Shown: positions 16,162 to 25,023 of the stretch, piece after piece
Layout: every line of letters starts with the position of its first letter
Position numbering within the stretch: the stretch's first letter is position 1
NCBI GenBank assembly: GCA_041629655.1
Contig: JBFKMV010000001.1
Location: 8,075 to 72,074, forward strand
DNA length: 64,000 bases
Reading direction: 5' to 3'
DNA from: Candidatus Polarisedimenticolaceae bacterium
Lineage (GTDB): Bacteria; Acidobacteriota; Polarisedimenticolia; Polarisedimenticolales; Polarisedimenticolaceae
The notes under the pieces: generated by a model
The model's input: the letters and a program-made list of their open reading frames with translations, nothing else
Databases searched by the model: none
What the model was told of the DNA's origin: nothing
Position numbers and translations under genes: made by a program

Positions 16162-18186
16162 TCAGAAGGTGAGCCCCGCGCGGAGCGACACGATCTGACC
16201 CTTGTAGTCCAGGCCGTCGTTGCTGAACAGCACGGCGCCCAGCCCGTCCAGCCGGCGGCCCCCGTCGTCGTACTCGAAATCGCGGTAGTCGGCCCCGAAG
16301 TACAGGCCGTTCGGAAGGAGGTAGGTCAGACCCAGCTCCCAGTCGTCGTAGTCCTGCGCGATCACCTCGTCGTTGACCAGGCCGGAGGCGTCGCCGAACA
16401 GCAGGTTGTGGCCTTCGGACTCGGTCATCGTGTAGCGGGCGTGGATCTTCCACGCCTCGCTCCAGCGGTAGTTGAGGTAGGCCGAGAGCTGCGTGTTGTC
16501 GTTCTGGAACACGGAGTCGCCGTCGTCCGCCAGATTGAAGCCGGCGAGGTCGAACCGCACGCCGACGCGCGTGTCGATCTCCTGCTCGGCGTAACGCAGC
16601 ATGTAATCGACGTTCTCGTTGGCCTTGTGCCAGAACGCCACCGAGTGCGTGGTGCCCTCGGCGGTGCCGTCGTAGAACGAGCCGGGGCTGCGGAGGTCCG
16701 GGGCGTTGTTGTCGTGGTCGAAGTCGAGGTATCCCAGGTCGATCCGCATCTCGGGCTGCGGCAGGAATGCGGCGCGGATCCGGGTATGCGAGGTCTCCCG
16801 CGGGGCCACGGCGTTGAACGGCTGCGTGATGTCGCCGTTCTCGATGTCGGCGTTGAGGCGAAACCACTTCACCGGCCGCAGCGACAGGCCGAAGATCACG
16901 GTCTCGTCGTCGTCGGAGTCGAGCTCGGTGTCGCGCAACAATCCGCCGAAGCCGTTGCGGTCGAGCGTGCGGTCGATGGTGCGATAGCCGGCCCGCAGCG
17001 CCACCGTCCGCGCCGGGCGCGCTTCGACCAACGCGGTCAGCGTGCTCAGCTCGTAGTCGAGGCGGGTGTCCGAGGACGGCACCCCGTCGCCGTCGATGTC
17101 GTCCTCCAGGCCGTCGCCGTCGAGGTCGCGCGTAAGCACGCCGTCCAGCTCGCGGTCCAGGTTGCGGAACTGCAGGTGCAGGTCGACCGCCTCGACGAGC
17201 TTGACCGTCAGATCGACGTCGACCAGCATCGTGTCGCCCTCGGCCTCGGAGCGGCTGGATCCGCCGACAACCGAGAACGGGTCGCCGTTGAAATCGAGAC
17301 CCGTCGCGTCCAGCCCGACGCGGCTGTCGAGCTGCTCTTCGCCGAGCAGCGTACCGATCAGCGAGACCGCGAGGCGCACCCGCTTGCCGAGACCGGCGCC
17401 GACCCGGATCGTGGTCAGATCGACGTCCCCGTCGTCGCGCTGGAGCCAGTCGTAGGAGTCGAGTCGCGACAGCGCTCCGGCCTCGAGCCCGGCGTTGTCC
17501 TCGGTGATGTTCCGGAAACGGTTGTCGTAGCTGCGCCGGCTCTGGCGGAACAACAGGTTGACCGGCCCGACCTCGACCGTGGCGGCGACGCTGAACAGCT
17601 CGTGCTCGGCGTCGAGCGGCGTGTCCAGACGGAACAGGTTGCGCTCGACGTCCTTCATGAACAGGGAGTTGCCGGTGCGTTCCCCGCGCTGGTAGTTGAA
17701 CGAGAGTTGGACGCGCTCCGACGGAAAGGCCCGGAACGTCAGATCGGTCATCCGGCGCCGGGCGTCCCACGCCGCACCGTCCTCGTTGTTGACCAATCCG
17801 AACAGGTCGTACAGGTAGGCCTGCTGCCAGTGCGTCGCGCGTAGATCGTAGACGTTGCGCCGGCCGAGCTGGAACGAGCCGCGCCGGTAGGGATCTCCCA
17901 GGCCACTGAGCTCGAGCCGCGCGCGGTCGAGCAGCTTCGAGTCCAGGTCGCTCCAGTCGAGCTCCAGGTTGGCCAGCCGCACGCCCGAATCGAGACCGTC
18001 GAAATCCTCGTCGTACTTCCGCCGGCTCCCGTCGCGGTCCACGTCGCGATAGACCAGCTCGACCGAGCCGCTGGGGCTCCGCTTGTCCTCGTCCTCCGCG
18101 CGGACCCCGGAGTCGGCTCCGAGCAGCAGCCCGGCGAGGGCGAGACCGGTCAGGGCGAAACCGAGGCCAGGGTGTCTCGTCGTCAT
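16162..18186 (-). CDS. Large outer-membrane beta-barrel, MtrB/PioB-type partner of the decahaem cytochrome
   Basis: Signal peptide, 674 aa, alternating beta-strand pattern rich in D/N/Y/R, and a C-terminal ...LRAGLTF. It starts 3 nt after the stop of the decahaem gene. Confidence 0.7.
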   Translation of the reverse strand: MTTRHPGLGFALTGLALAGLLLGADSGVRAEDEDKRSPSGSVELVYRDVDRDGSRRKYDEDFDGLDSGVRLANLELDWSDLDSKLLDRARLELSGLGDPYRRGSFQLGRRNVYDLRATHWQQAYLYDLFGLVNNEDGAAWDARRRMTDLTFRAFPSERVQLSFNYQRGERTGNSLFMKDVERNLFRLDTPLDAEHELFSVAATVEVGPVNLLFRQSRRSYDNRFRNITEDNAGLEAGALSRLDSYDWLQRDDGDVDLTTIRVGAGLGKRVRLAVSLIGTLLGEEQLDSRVGLDATGLDFNGDPFSVVGGSSRSEAEGDTMLVDVDLTVKLVEAVDLHLQFRNLDRELDGVLTRDLDGDGLEDDIDGDGVPSSDTRLDYELSTLTALVEARPARTVALRAGYRTIDRTLDRNGFGGLLRDTELDSDDDETVIFGLSLRPVKWFRLNADIENGDITQPFNAVAPRETSHTRIRAAFLPQPEMRIDLGYLDFDHDNNAPDLRSPGSFYDGTAEGTTHSVAFWHKANENVDYMLRYAEQEIDTRVGVRFDLAGFNLADDGDSVFQNDNTQLSAYLNYRWSEAWKIHARYTMTESEGHNLLFGDASGLVNDEVIAQDYDDWELGLTYLLPNGLYFGADYRDFEYDDGGRRLDGLGAVLFSNDGLDYKGQIVSLRAGLTF

Positions 18187-18189
18187 CGG

Positions 18190-19032
18190 CTACTCCTCCA
18201 GGAAGAACGGGCTGGTGTTCGACCCGTGGATCGCGGTGTGACACGCGGTGCACTTCTCGTTCAAGAAGCGCGGCACGCTGTGCCAGCCCGGCGTGACGCT
18301 GGCGCTGTGGCACTGGTAGCACAGGTTGACCTGCGGCTCGTGCTTGAGCAGGTGGCGGTTCGGCGAGCCGTGGACCTCGTGGCACGCGGCGCAGCCGTCC
18401 ACGAACACGACGTCGTGCGAGTAGACGTAGGGCACTGCCTTGTCGAAGTGGCAGTCCCCACAGGTGTCCCGGAACAGCGACCGGTCGGTGCGCAGGGACT
18501 TGGTGGCGTGCGGGTTGTGACATTTCGCGCACTCGGCGATGGGGTGGCTACGGGGCAGGTCGAACTGGGCCGCGATGGCCTGGTGGCACCGCGAGCACAG
18601 CTCGCTGCCCTCGGCGCGCAGCAGCTTGTCGTGGCTGCCGTGCGGATCGTGGCAGTCGTTGCAGCCGACGTCGCCGAGCCTGTGGAGGCTCTGCATCGAG
18701 GAGAAATGAGCCTCCTGCTTGCGATGGCAGCTCAGGCAGGTCTCGGAGGCCTGCCGCGCCGACAACTCGCCGAAGCGGACGATCCTGGCGGGGTCACCGC
18801 CCTCCTCGACGTGTGCGGTGCCGGGTCCGTGGCAGCTCTCGCACCCTCGCTCCTCGTCCCAATACGGACTGCGGGCGTGGGGGGTACGCGCGAACGCGGC
18901 GGCAATCTCGTCGTGGCAGGCCGCGCACGTCTCGCTGCCGACGTATTCTTCCTCGGCACCGACCGGCGCCGCTAGGGGAACCGCGCAGCACAAGGCGACC
19001 AGCGGTAAAAGCCGTCGGAACATCCGGTGCAT
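18190..19032 (-). CDS. Periplasmic decahaem c-type cytochrome, MtrA/DmsE/PioA family
   Basis: Signal peptide MHRMFRRLLPLVALCCAVPLAAPVGA and exactly 10 CXXCH motifs in about 255 mature residues. A GGAGGAGG RBS precedes the ATG at 19032. An alternative ATG lies at 19023. Confidence 0.85.
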   Translation of the reverse strand: MHRMFRRLLPLVALCCAVPLAAPVGAEEEYVGSETCAACHDEIAAAFARTPHARSPYWDEERGCESCHGPGTAHVEEGGDPARIVRFGELSARQASETCLSCHRKQEAHFSSMQSLHRLGDVGCNDCHDPHGSHDKLLRAEGSELCSRCHQAIAAQFDLPRSHPIAECAKCHNPHATKSLRTDRSLFRDTCGDCHFDKAVPYVYSHDVVFVDGCAACHEVHGSPNRHLLKHEPQVNLCYQCHSASVTPGWHSVPRFLNEKCTACHTAIHGSNTSPFFLEE

Positions 19033-19087
19033 GACCTCCTCCGTGGCGACATCGGGCAGGACCGACCGCACCCGAACCGTAGCGCAA

Positions 19088-19096
19088 TTTATACCA
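19088..19096 (-). promoter_or_regulatory. Extended -10 sigma-70 promoter candidate for the decahaem/barrel operon
   Basis: The minus strand reads TGGTATAAA (TGn + TATAAA), about 55 nt upstream of the ATG. The same TGGTATAWW 9-mer recurs upstream of secA and EF-G. Confidence 0.3.
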
Positions 19097-19233
19097 GCGA
19101 CCCGTGGGAAACGGGGTCGCTCCATCGACAACGCGGACCCAATCGCTCCGAAACACGCCTGGCGCCGGGAATGCTACCGTATCCGACCCCGGCGGTGGAA
19201 GCCTCGCCGCGCGTCCGGGGGAGGAAGGGTGCG

Positions 19234-21153
19234 ATGGCCTCAGCGGCGAATCCGGGAGACACTGGCCAGGCGGCCACGGCGCAGTGGCAGGAGCGCCACG
19301 CCTCCAAGCTGGCCACGCTGGAGCAGGCCGTGCGCGCGATCCCGCCGGGCCGCTGCGTGATGATCGGGTCCGGGGCCGCCGAGCCCCACGCGCTGGTCGA
19401 GGCGATGGTGGAGCACGGCACCCACCTCGCCGACAACGACGTCGTGCACCTGCTGACGCTCGGGCCCGCGCCCTACGTGCGGCCCGGGATGGAGCGGCGC
19501 TTCCGCCACACCGCGTTCTTCATCGGCAAGAACGTGCGCGAGGCGGTCCAGGACGGCCGCGCCGACTTCATGCCGGTGTTCCTGTCCGAGATTCCGTCGC
19601 TGATCCGCTCGCGCCGCGTGCGGGTCGACGTGGCGATGATCCAGGTCAGCCCGCCGGACCGCCACGGCTACGTCAGCCTCGGCGTGGCCGTGGACGTGGT
19701 GCGCGCCGCGGTCGATTCCGCCGAGCTGATCCTGGCCGAGGTCAACCCGCGAATGCCCCGCACGCTGGGGGACTCGTTCGTCCACGTGGACCGGATCCGG
19801 TACCTGGTGCCCGTGGACTACGAGCTGCCCGAGCTGGATCCCAGCCCGCCGGACGAGGTCTCGGCCGAGATCGGGCGTCACGTGGCGAGCCTGATCCCCG
19901 ACGGCGCCACGATCCAGGCCGGGATCGGCGGCATCCCCAACGCGGTGATGGCCGCGCTGGCCGGGCGCAACGACCTCGGCGTCCACACCGAGATGTGCTC
20001 GGACGGCATGATGGAGCTGGTCGAGGCCGGCGTGATCAACGGCCGGCGCAAGACCTTGCTGCCGGGCAAGCTGGTGACCTCGTTCCTGATGGGCAGCCGC
20101 CGGCTCTACGACTGGGCCCACGACAACCCGGCGGTCGAGATGCGTCCCAGCGAGTTCACCAACGACCCCTTCACGGTGGCGCGCAACGACCACATGGTGG
20201 CCGTCAACTCCGCGCTGGCCGTCGACCTGACCGGGCAGGTCGCCGCCGACACGCTGATGGGGCGGTTCTTCTCGGGAATCGGCGGCCAGGTCGACTTCAT
20301 CCGCGGCGCCGCGCGCAGCCGCGGGGGCCGCGCGATCATCGCCCTGCCCTCGACGGCGCGGAACGGGACGGTGAGCCGGATCCGGCCGGTGCTCGAGGAG
20401 GGCGCGGGGGTCGTGACCAGCCGGGGCGACGTGCACGACGTGGTGACGGAATACGGCGTCGCCGACCTGTGGGGCAAGAACATCCGGCAGCGCGCGATGG
20501 CGCTGATCGAGATCGCGCATCCCGACTTCCGCGGCGAGCTGCTGGCGGCGGCCAAGGCGCGCCGGTTCGTGTTCCCCGACCAGGTCGCGCCGCGGGCCGT
20601 GTATCCCTGGGAGGAGGAGCGGCAGGTCGCCCTGGCCGACGGCACCCGGGTGACCGTGCGTCCGGTCCGGCTGACCGACGAGAAACCGCTCCAGGACCTG
20701 TTCTACCGGTTGTCCGACGAGTCGACCTACCGGCGCTTCATGGCCTTCAAGCGCGTGCATCCCCACGAGGACATGCAACGTCTGGTCTCGCTCGACTACC
20801 AGCAGAACATGGGGCTGGTGGTCTCGATCCGCGAGGGCGGGCGCGAGGAGATCCTGGCCATGGCGCGCTACGACGTCGACCCGGCAACCCAGCTGGCCGA
20901 CATCGCGTTCGTGGTGCGTGACGAGTGGCAGGGCCGGGGCATCGGGACGCTGCTGATGCGGCGGATGGGCGAGATCGCGCGCGCGCGTGGGCTGGCGGGG
21001 TTCACCGGCGACGTGCTGGTGACGAACAAGCCGATGCTGGCCGTGTTCCAGAACAGCGGCCTGGCGATCCGCATGGAGTTGCGCCAGGGCAGCTATCACC
21101 TGACGGCCACGTTCGAGGACGACCCCGAAGCCCGCGAGCAGCCCGAGGCCTGA
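19234..21153 (+). CDS. Acetyl-CoA hydrolase/transferase family domain fused to a C-terminal GNAT acetyltransferase domain
   Basis: The N-terminal 480 aa resemble the 4-hydroxybutyrate CoA-transferase/acetyl-CoA hydrolase family (GSGAAEPHAL, EMCSDG, GIGGQVDF). The C-terminus has the GNAT motif VRDEWQGRGIGTLLM. Start chosen at the ATG after GGAGGAAGG. Confidence 0.75.
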   Translation: MASAANPGDTGQAATAQWQERHASKLATLEQAVRAIPPGRCVMIGSGAAEPHALVEAMVEHGTHLADNDVVHLLTLGPAPYVRPGMERRFRHTAFFIGKNVREAVQDGRADFMPVFLSEIPSLIRSRRVRVDVAMIQVSPPDRHGYVSLGVAVDVVRAAVDSAELILAEVNPRMPRTLGDSFVHVDRIRYLVPVDYELPELDPSPPDEVSAEIGRHVASLIPDGATIQAGIGGIPNAVMAALAGRNDLGVHTEMCSDGMMELVEAGVINGRRKTLLPGKLVTSFLMGSRRLYDWAHDNPAVEMRPSEFTNDPFTVARNDHMVAVNSALAVDLTGQVAADTLMGRFFSGIGGQVDFIRGAARSRGGRAIIALPSTARNGTVSRIRPVLEEGAGVVTSRGDVHDVVTEYGVADLWGKNIRQRAMALIEIAHPDFRGELLAAAKARRFVFPDQVAPRAVYPWEEERQVALADGTRVTVRPVRLTDEKPLQDLFYRLSDESTYRRFMAFKRVHPHEDMQRLVSLDYQQNMGLVVSIREGGREEILAMARYDVDPATQLADIAFVVRDEWQGRGIGTLLMRRMGEIARARGLAGFTGDVLVTNKPMLAVFQNSGLAIRMELRQGSYHLTATFEDDPEAREQPEA

Positions 21154-21168
21154 GGCGCGCGTCGCGGG

Positions 21169-22626
21169 TCAGGCGCGGGGCTCGGGCGGCTTCAGCGGCA
21201 GCTCGAGGGCGACGACGGCGCCGCCGGTGTCGGCCGGGACCAGCCCGATCCAGCCGCCGTGGGCCTCGACGACCTGCCGGGCGATGGCCAGTCCCAGGCC
21301 GGTCCCGTAGTTGCGGGTGGTGAAGAACGGCTCGAACACGCGCTCCCGGATCTCGCCGGGGACGCCGGGCCCGTTATCGGCGACGGCCACGCGGCAGCGT
21401 CCGTCCTCGTTGCTCAACGAGACCTCGATGCGCCCCTTGCCGTCCATCGCCTGCGCCGCGTTAAGCAGCAGGTTCTGGAACACGTCCCGCAACTGCTCGG
21501 CGTCGGCCAGCACCTGCAGATCGTCGCCCGTGATCTCGACCTCCACGCCCCGCAGGCCGGGGTCGCGGCGCAGCAGCCGGGCGGTGTCCCGGATCAGCGC
21601 CGCGAGCTGCACCGGCGCCGGCTCCGGGCGCCGCGGCCGGGCGTAGCGCAGCAGGTCCTGGACCTTTTCGTTCAGTCCGTCGATCCGGCTCAGGATGCTC
21701 CCGATCACCTCCCGGTCGACGCTGTCTCCGGGCAGCCGCCCGCGGATGATCTGAAGCGCACCGGCGATGCCGGCCAGCGGGTTCTTGACCTCGTGGGCCA
21801 CCACCGCGGCGAGCTGACCCAGCTGGTGCAGCGCCTCGCGGTTGCGCAGCTCCTCCTCGATCTGCTTGCGCGCCGTGATGTCGCTGCGGATGGCCAGGTA
21901 CTGGTACGGCTTGCCGTCGGCGTCCAGGAACGGCACGATCGTCGTGTCGACCCAGTAGATCGTCCCGTCCTTGGCCCGGTTGCGGATCTCGCCGCGCCAG
22001 ACCCGGCCCTTGCCGATCGTTCCCCACAGGTCGCGGAAGAACGCCTTGGGGTGGTGCCCCGAGTTGACGATGCGATGGTCCTGCCCCAGCAGCTCCTCGC
22101 GCGGGTACTTGCTGATCTCGCAGAACTTGTCGTTGACGTAGTGGATGATGCCCTTGCGGTCGGTGATCGCCACGATCGCGGCCTGGTCGATGGCCTGCTT
22201 GATGTCCCGCAGGTCCTTCAGGGATTTCCGCAGCTCGTCCTCGACCTGGCGCTGCTCGGTCACGTCCTCGCCGGAGCTCAGGGTGCCGCTGATCCGGCCC
22301 TCGCCGTCGCGGAGCAGGGCGTTGTGCCAGGCGATCACGCGCTCGTCCCCGGACCGTGTCACGACGGGATTCTCGAACCTCTCGGCCAGCTGCTCCCGTC
22401 CCTCGATCAGCCCCCGATGCACCTCGCGAACCTGCTCCCGCAGCCGCTCCGGGACGAACTCCTCGATCCAGTCGCGGCCGATCAGCTCCTGCGGGGGGTA
22501 GCCCAGGACCTGGCCGCCCTTGCGGTTGATCAGCGAGATCCGGCCCCGGGCGTCCAGCGCCAGGATGATGACCTCGGCGATGTCCAGGAAGTCCTGCCCA
22601 TCGCGCAGGGGGGGAGAATCGGACAT
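21169..22626 (-). CDS. Cytoplasmic PAS-domain sensor histidine kinase (NtrB/AtoS-like)
   Basis: Two PAS domains, an H-box [12 protein letters not shown], an N-box ([10 protein letters not shown]) and G-boxes ([14 protein letters not shown]). No TM segment. Start at MSDSPPL chosen inside the ORF. Confidence 0.8.
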   Translation of the reverse strand: MSDSPPLRDGQDFLDIAEVIILALDARGRISLINRKGGQVLGYPPQELIGRDWIEEFVPERLREQVREVHRGLIEGREQLAERFENPVVTRSGDERVIAWHNALLRDGEGRISGTLSSGEDVTEQRQVEDELRKSLKDLRDIKQAIDQAAIVAITDRKGIIHYVNDKFCEISKYPREELLGQDHRIVNSGHHPKAFFRDLWGTIGKGRVWRGEIRNRAKDGTIYWVDTTIVPFLDADGKPYQYLAIRSDITARKQIEEELRNREALHQLGQLAAVVAHEVKNPLAGIAGALQIIRGRLPGDSVDREVIGSILSRIDGLNEKVQDLLRYARPRRPEPAPVQLAALIRDTARLLRRDPGLRGVEVEITGDDLQVLADAEQLRDVFQNLLLNAAQAMDGKGRIEVSLSNEDGRCRVAVADNGPGVPGEIRERVFEPFFTTRNYGTGLGLAIARQVVEAHGGWIGLVPADTGGAVVALELPLKPPEPRA

Positions 22627-22718
22627 CCTCGTCGTGACTCCGCGGGTTTCGGGGGCTCGGGACCGTTCGATTCGCCATCCTAGCGGCGGCCCCGGGACCC
22701 TGCAAACCGCTCCGGGCG

Positions 22719-22734
22719 TGGAACGGTTCTTGCT
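22719..22734 (+). promoter_or_regulatory. Sigma-54 promoter candidate for the NtrC-family regulator gene
   Basis: TGGAACGGTTCTTGCT has correct spacing. It lies in the divergent kinase/regulator intergenic region, about 85 nt upstream of the ATG at 22817. Confidence 0.5.
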
Positions 22735-22816
22735 CGAACGGTCGGGAGAAACCCGCCGGACGGCCACGGGGCTGCTTGGCCCGCGCCCGGGCGGCCGGTA
22801 CCATGGGGTCGTGAAG

Positions 22817-24184
22817 ATGCGTCCGACCATCCTCGTCGTGGACGATGAGCAGCTGATCCGCTGGTCGCTCCGCGAGCGTCTGGACCAGGCCGGTTACCAC
22901 GTGCTGGAGGCGGAGACCGGGGCCCAGACCGCCGAGCGGCTGGAGGAGTGGATCGACCTGGTCCTGCTGGATTACAAGCTGCCCGACACCGACGGGCTGA
23001 AGCTGCTCAAGCAGATCAAGGACCGCGACCCGGACACGCTGGTGATCCTGATGACGGCCTACTCCTCGGTCGAGAACGCCGTCGAGGCGATCAAGCTCGG
23101 GGCCTACCACTACGTCAACAAGCCGTTCAATCTGGACGAGATGATGTTGATGGTCGAGAAGGCGCTGGAGACCACCCGGCTGCGCCGGGAGGTCAAGTCC
23201 CTGCGCGCCAGCCAGTCCGCGCCCTACGGCTTCGACAGCATCATCGGCGAATCCCGGGCGATGCGCTCGATCAAGACGCTGCTGCAGAAGATCGCCGGCA
23301 GCCCGGCCTCCACGGTGCTGCTGAACGGCGAGAGCGGCACCGGCAAGGACCTGGCGGCCAAGGTCCTGCACTACAACTCGGACCGCGCCGCCGGGCCGTT
23401 CATGAACATCACCTGCACCGCCCTGACGGAGACGCTGCTGGAGAGCGAGCTTTTCGGCCACGAGCGCGGGGCGTTCACCGACGCCAAGCAGCAGAAGAAG
23501 GGCCTGTTGGAGCTGGCGGACCGCGGCACGGTCTACCTGGACGAGATCGGCGAGATGCCGGCGATGCTCCAGGCCAAGCTGCTGCGGTTCCTCGAGGAGC
23601 GCGCGTTCAAGCGCGTCGGCGGGACCACCGACCTCTCGGTGGACGTGCGGGTCGTCGCCGCGACCAACCGCAACCTGGAGGAGGAGGTGCGCCAGGGCCG
23701 CTTCCGCGAGGACCTGTATTACAGGCTGAGCGTGCTGCCGGTCACGATGCCCGCGCTACGGGAGCGGACGGGCGACGTTCCGCTGATCGTCAACCACTAC
23801 GTGGACCAGTTCAACAAGGAGTTCCGCCGCAACGTGCAGGGCCTGTCGGACGGAGCCCTGACCCTGCTGGGCGCCCACTCGTGGCCGGGCAACGTCCGCG
23901 AGCTGCGCAACGCCGTCGAGCGGGCGATGCTGCTGGCCGAGGCCGACGTGCTGAGCGCCGAGGACTTCACGATGCTGGTCCCCGGGGGGCGCCTGGCCGA
24001 GGGCTTCCGGCTGCCTCCCGACGGGATCGACTTCGAGCAGCTCGAGCGCGAGCTGGTGGTCCAGGCGCTCGAGCGGTCCGGGGGCAACCAGACCCGGGCG
24101 GCCGCGCTGCTGGGCATGAATCGGGACCAGATCCGGTACCGGATCGAGAAGTTCTCGATCGGCAAGGCCAAGTCGGCCGACTAG
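22817..24184 (+). CDS. Sigma-54-dependent response regulator (NtrC family bacterial enhancer-binding protein)
   Basis: Receiver domain (ILVVDDE...[11 protein letters not shown]), an AAA+ domain with GESGTGKD, the GAFTDA sigma-54 contact loop and [10 protein letters not shown], plus a C-terminal Fis-type HTH. Confidence 0.9.
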   Translation: MRPTILVVDDEQLIRWSLRERLDQAGYHVLEAETGAQTAERLEEWIDLVLLDYKLPDTDGLKLLKQIKDRDPDTLVILMTAYSSVENAVEAIKLGAYHYVNKPFNLDEMMLMVEKALETTRLRREVKSLRASQSAPYGFDSIIGESRAMRSIKTLLQKIAGSPASTVLLNGESGTGKDLAAKVLHYNSDRAAGPFMNITCTALTETLLESELFGHERGAFTDAKQQKKGLLELADRGTVYLDEIGEMPAMLQAKLLRFLEERAFKRVGGTTDLSVDVRVVAATNRNLEEEVRQGRFREDLYYRLSVLPVTMPALRERTGDVPLIVNHYVDQFNKEFRRNVQGLSDGALTLLGAHSWPGNVRELRNAVERAMLLAEADVLSAEDFTMLVPGGRLAEGFRLPPDGIDFEQLERELVVQALERSGGNQTRAAALLGMNRDQIRYRIEKFSIGKAKSAD

Positions 24185-24309
24185 CCCCGGATCGTCGCAA
24201 AACCGGGAATTCTCCCCCACGGGGAGGGAAATTTTCCCCGCCTCCGGCGAGCCGGTTCGGTCTCCCACCGGACCTTTCGACAAACCAAACGTCATTTGTC
24301 CCGCAAGCA

Positions 24310-24338
24310 GGGCGGTTGAGCGTCCGCCCGGCGTTTTT
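24310..24338 (+). terminator. Intrinsic terminator candidate downstream of the NtrC-like gene
   Basis: GGGCGG-ttgagcgt-CCGCCC hairpin followed by GGCGTTTTT. Confidence 0.4.
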
Positions 24339-24345
24339 CGCGTTC

Positions 24346-24361
24346 TGGCATTGGGGTTGCT
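24346..24361 (+). promoter_or_regulatory. Sigma-54 promoter candidate for the Rrf2 regulator gene
   Basis: TGGCATTGGGGTTGCT has correct spacing and lies about 45 nt upstream of the ATG at 24405. An AAAGGAGG RBS follows. Confidence 0.55.
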
Positions 24362-24404
24362 CTAGGAGATGATCCGACACGAGACCGGTAAAGGAGGTCC
24401 GACC

Positions 24405-24968
24405 ATGGCTCTCAAACTGACCCAGGCCGCCGACTACGCGATCCGCGCGATGCTGTACGTGGCCTCGTTCCCCGAAGGGCGCTCGGTGCTGCGCAGCGAG
24501 GTCGCCCGGGCGGAGCGGATCCCCGTCAGCTTCACCGCGAAGATCCTGCGCAGCCTGGTCCGGGCCGGGCTCCTGCGATCGACGCGCGGGGTTCACGGCG
24601 GCTTCACGCTGGCGCGGTCCGGGGCCGAGATCAACCTGCTGCAGGTCGTGGAGGCGATCGAGGGGCCGATCTCGCTCACCAACTGCGTCCCGGAGCCGGA
24701 CAATTGCGTCAATTCGAGCAACTGTCCCGCGAGCCAGATCTGGTGGCGCGTCCAGTCCGAGATGGTGCGCATCCTGGAAGAGGCGACGCTGGAGGCGCTG
24801 ATCTCCACCCCGCGCCGCAACGGGAGGGTGGAGTTCGGCAAGCAGCGCTCCGCCGTGGAGGAGCCGTCCGAGGGCGATGCGCCGGCGAGCACCGCCGCGC
24901 GCGACGATCAGCAGGCTGCCGACGACCGGCCGTGGCCGGTCAACCGCCGCGCGCTCTGCGTGGTCTGA
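24405..24968 (+). CDS. Rrf2-family transcriptional regulator with a three-Cys cluster (IscR/NsrR-like)
   Basis: MALKLTQAADYAIRAMLYVA...GVHGGFTLAR winged helix, and a Cys triad CVPEPDNCVNSSNC. Confidence 0.85.
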   Translation: MALKLTQAADYAIRAMLYVASFPEGRSVLRSEVARAERIPVSFTAKILRSLVRAGLLRSTRGVHGGFTLARSGAEINLLQVVEAIEGPISLTNCVPEPDNCVNSSNCPASQIWWRVQSEMVRILEEATLEALISTPRRNGRVEFGKQRSAVEEPSEGDAPASTAARDDQQAADDRPWPVNRRALCVV

Positions 24969-24979
24969 TCGCGCGTGAC

Positions 24980-25004
24980 GCGGCCCCGGGCGTCCCGGGG
25001 CCGC
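24980..25004. terminator. Perfect 11-bp GC hairpin between the convergent Rrf2 and TlpA genes
   Basis: GCGGCCCCGGG-cgt-CCCGGGGCCGC. There is no U-tract on either side, so it is only a possible bidirectional terminator. Confidence 0.3.
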
Positions 25005-25023
25005 GCCGCCGCCGCGGCTCGGC

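Noticed and set aside
19083-19097. Sigma-54-like TGGTATAAATTGC upstream of the decahaem gene
   Set aside because: The spacing from GG to GC is two nucleotides too short for a -24/-12 promoter. The sequence fits an extended -10 sigma-70 element (TGGTATAAA) better.
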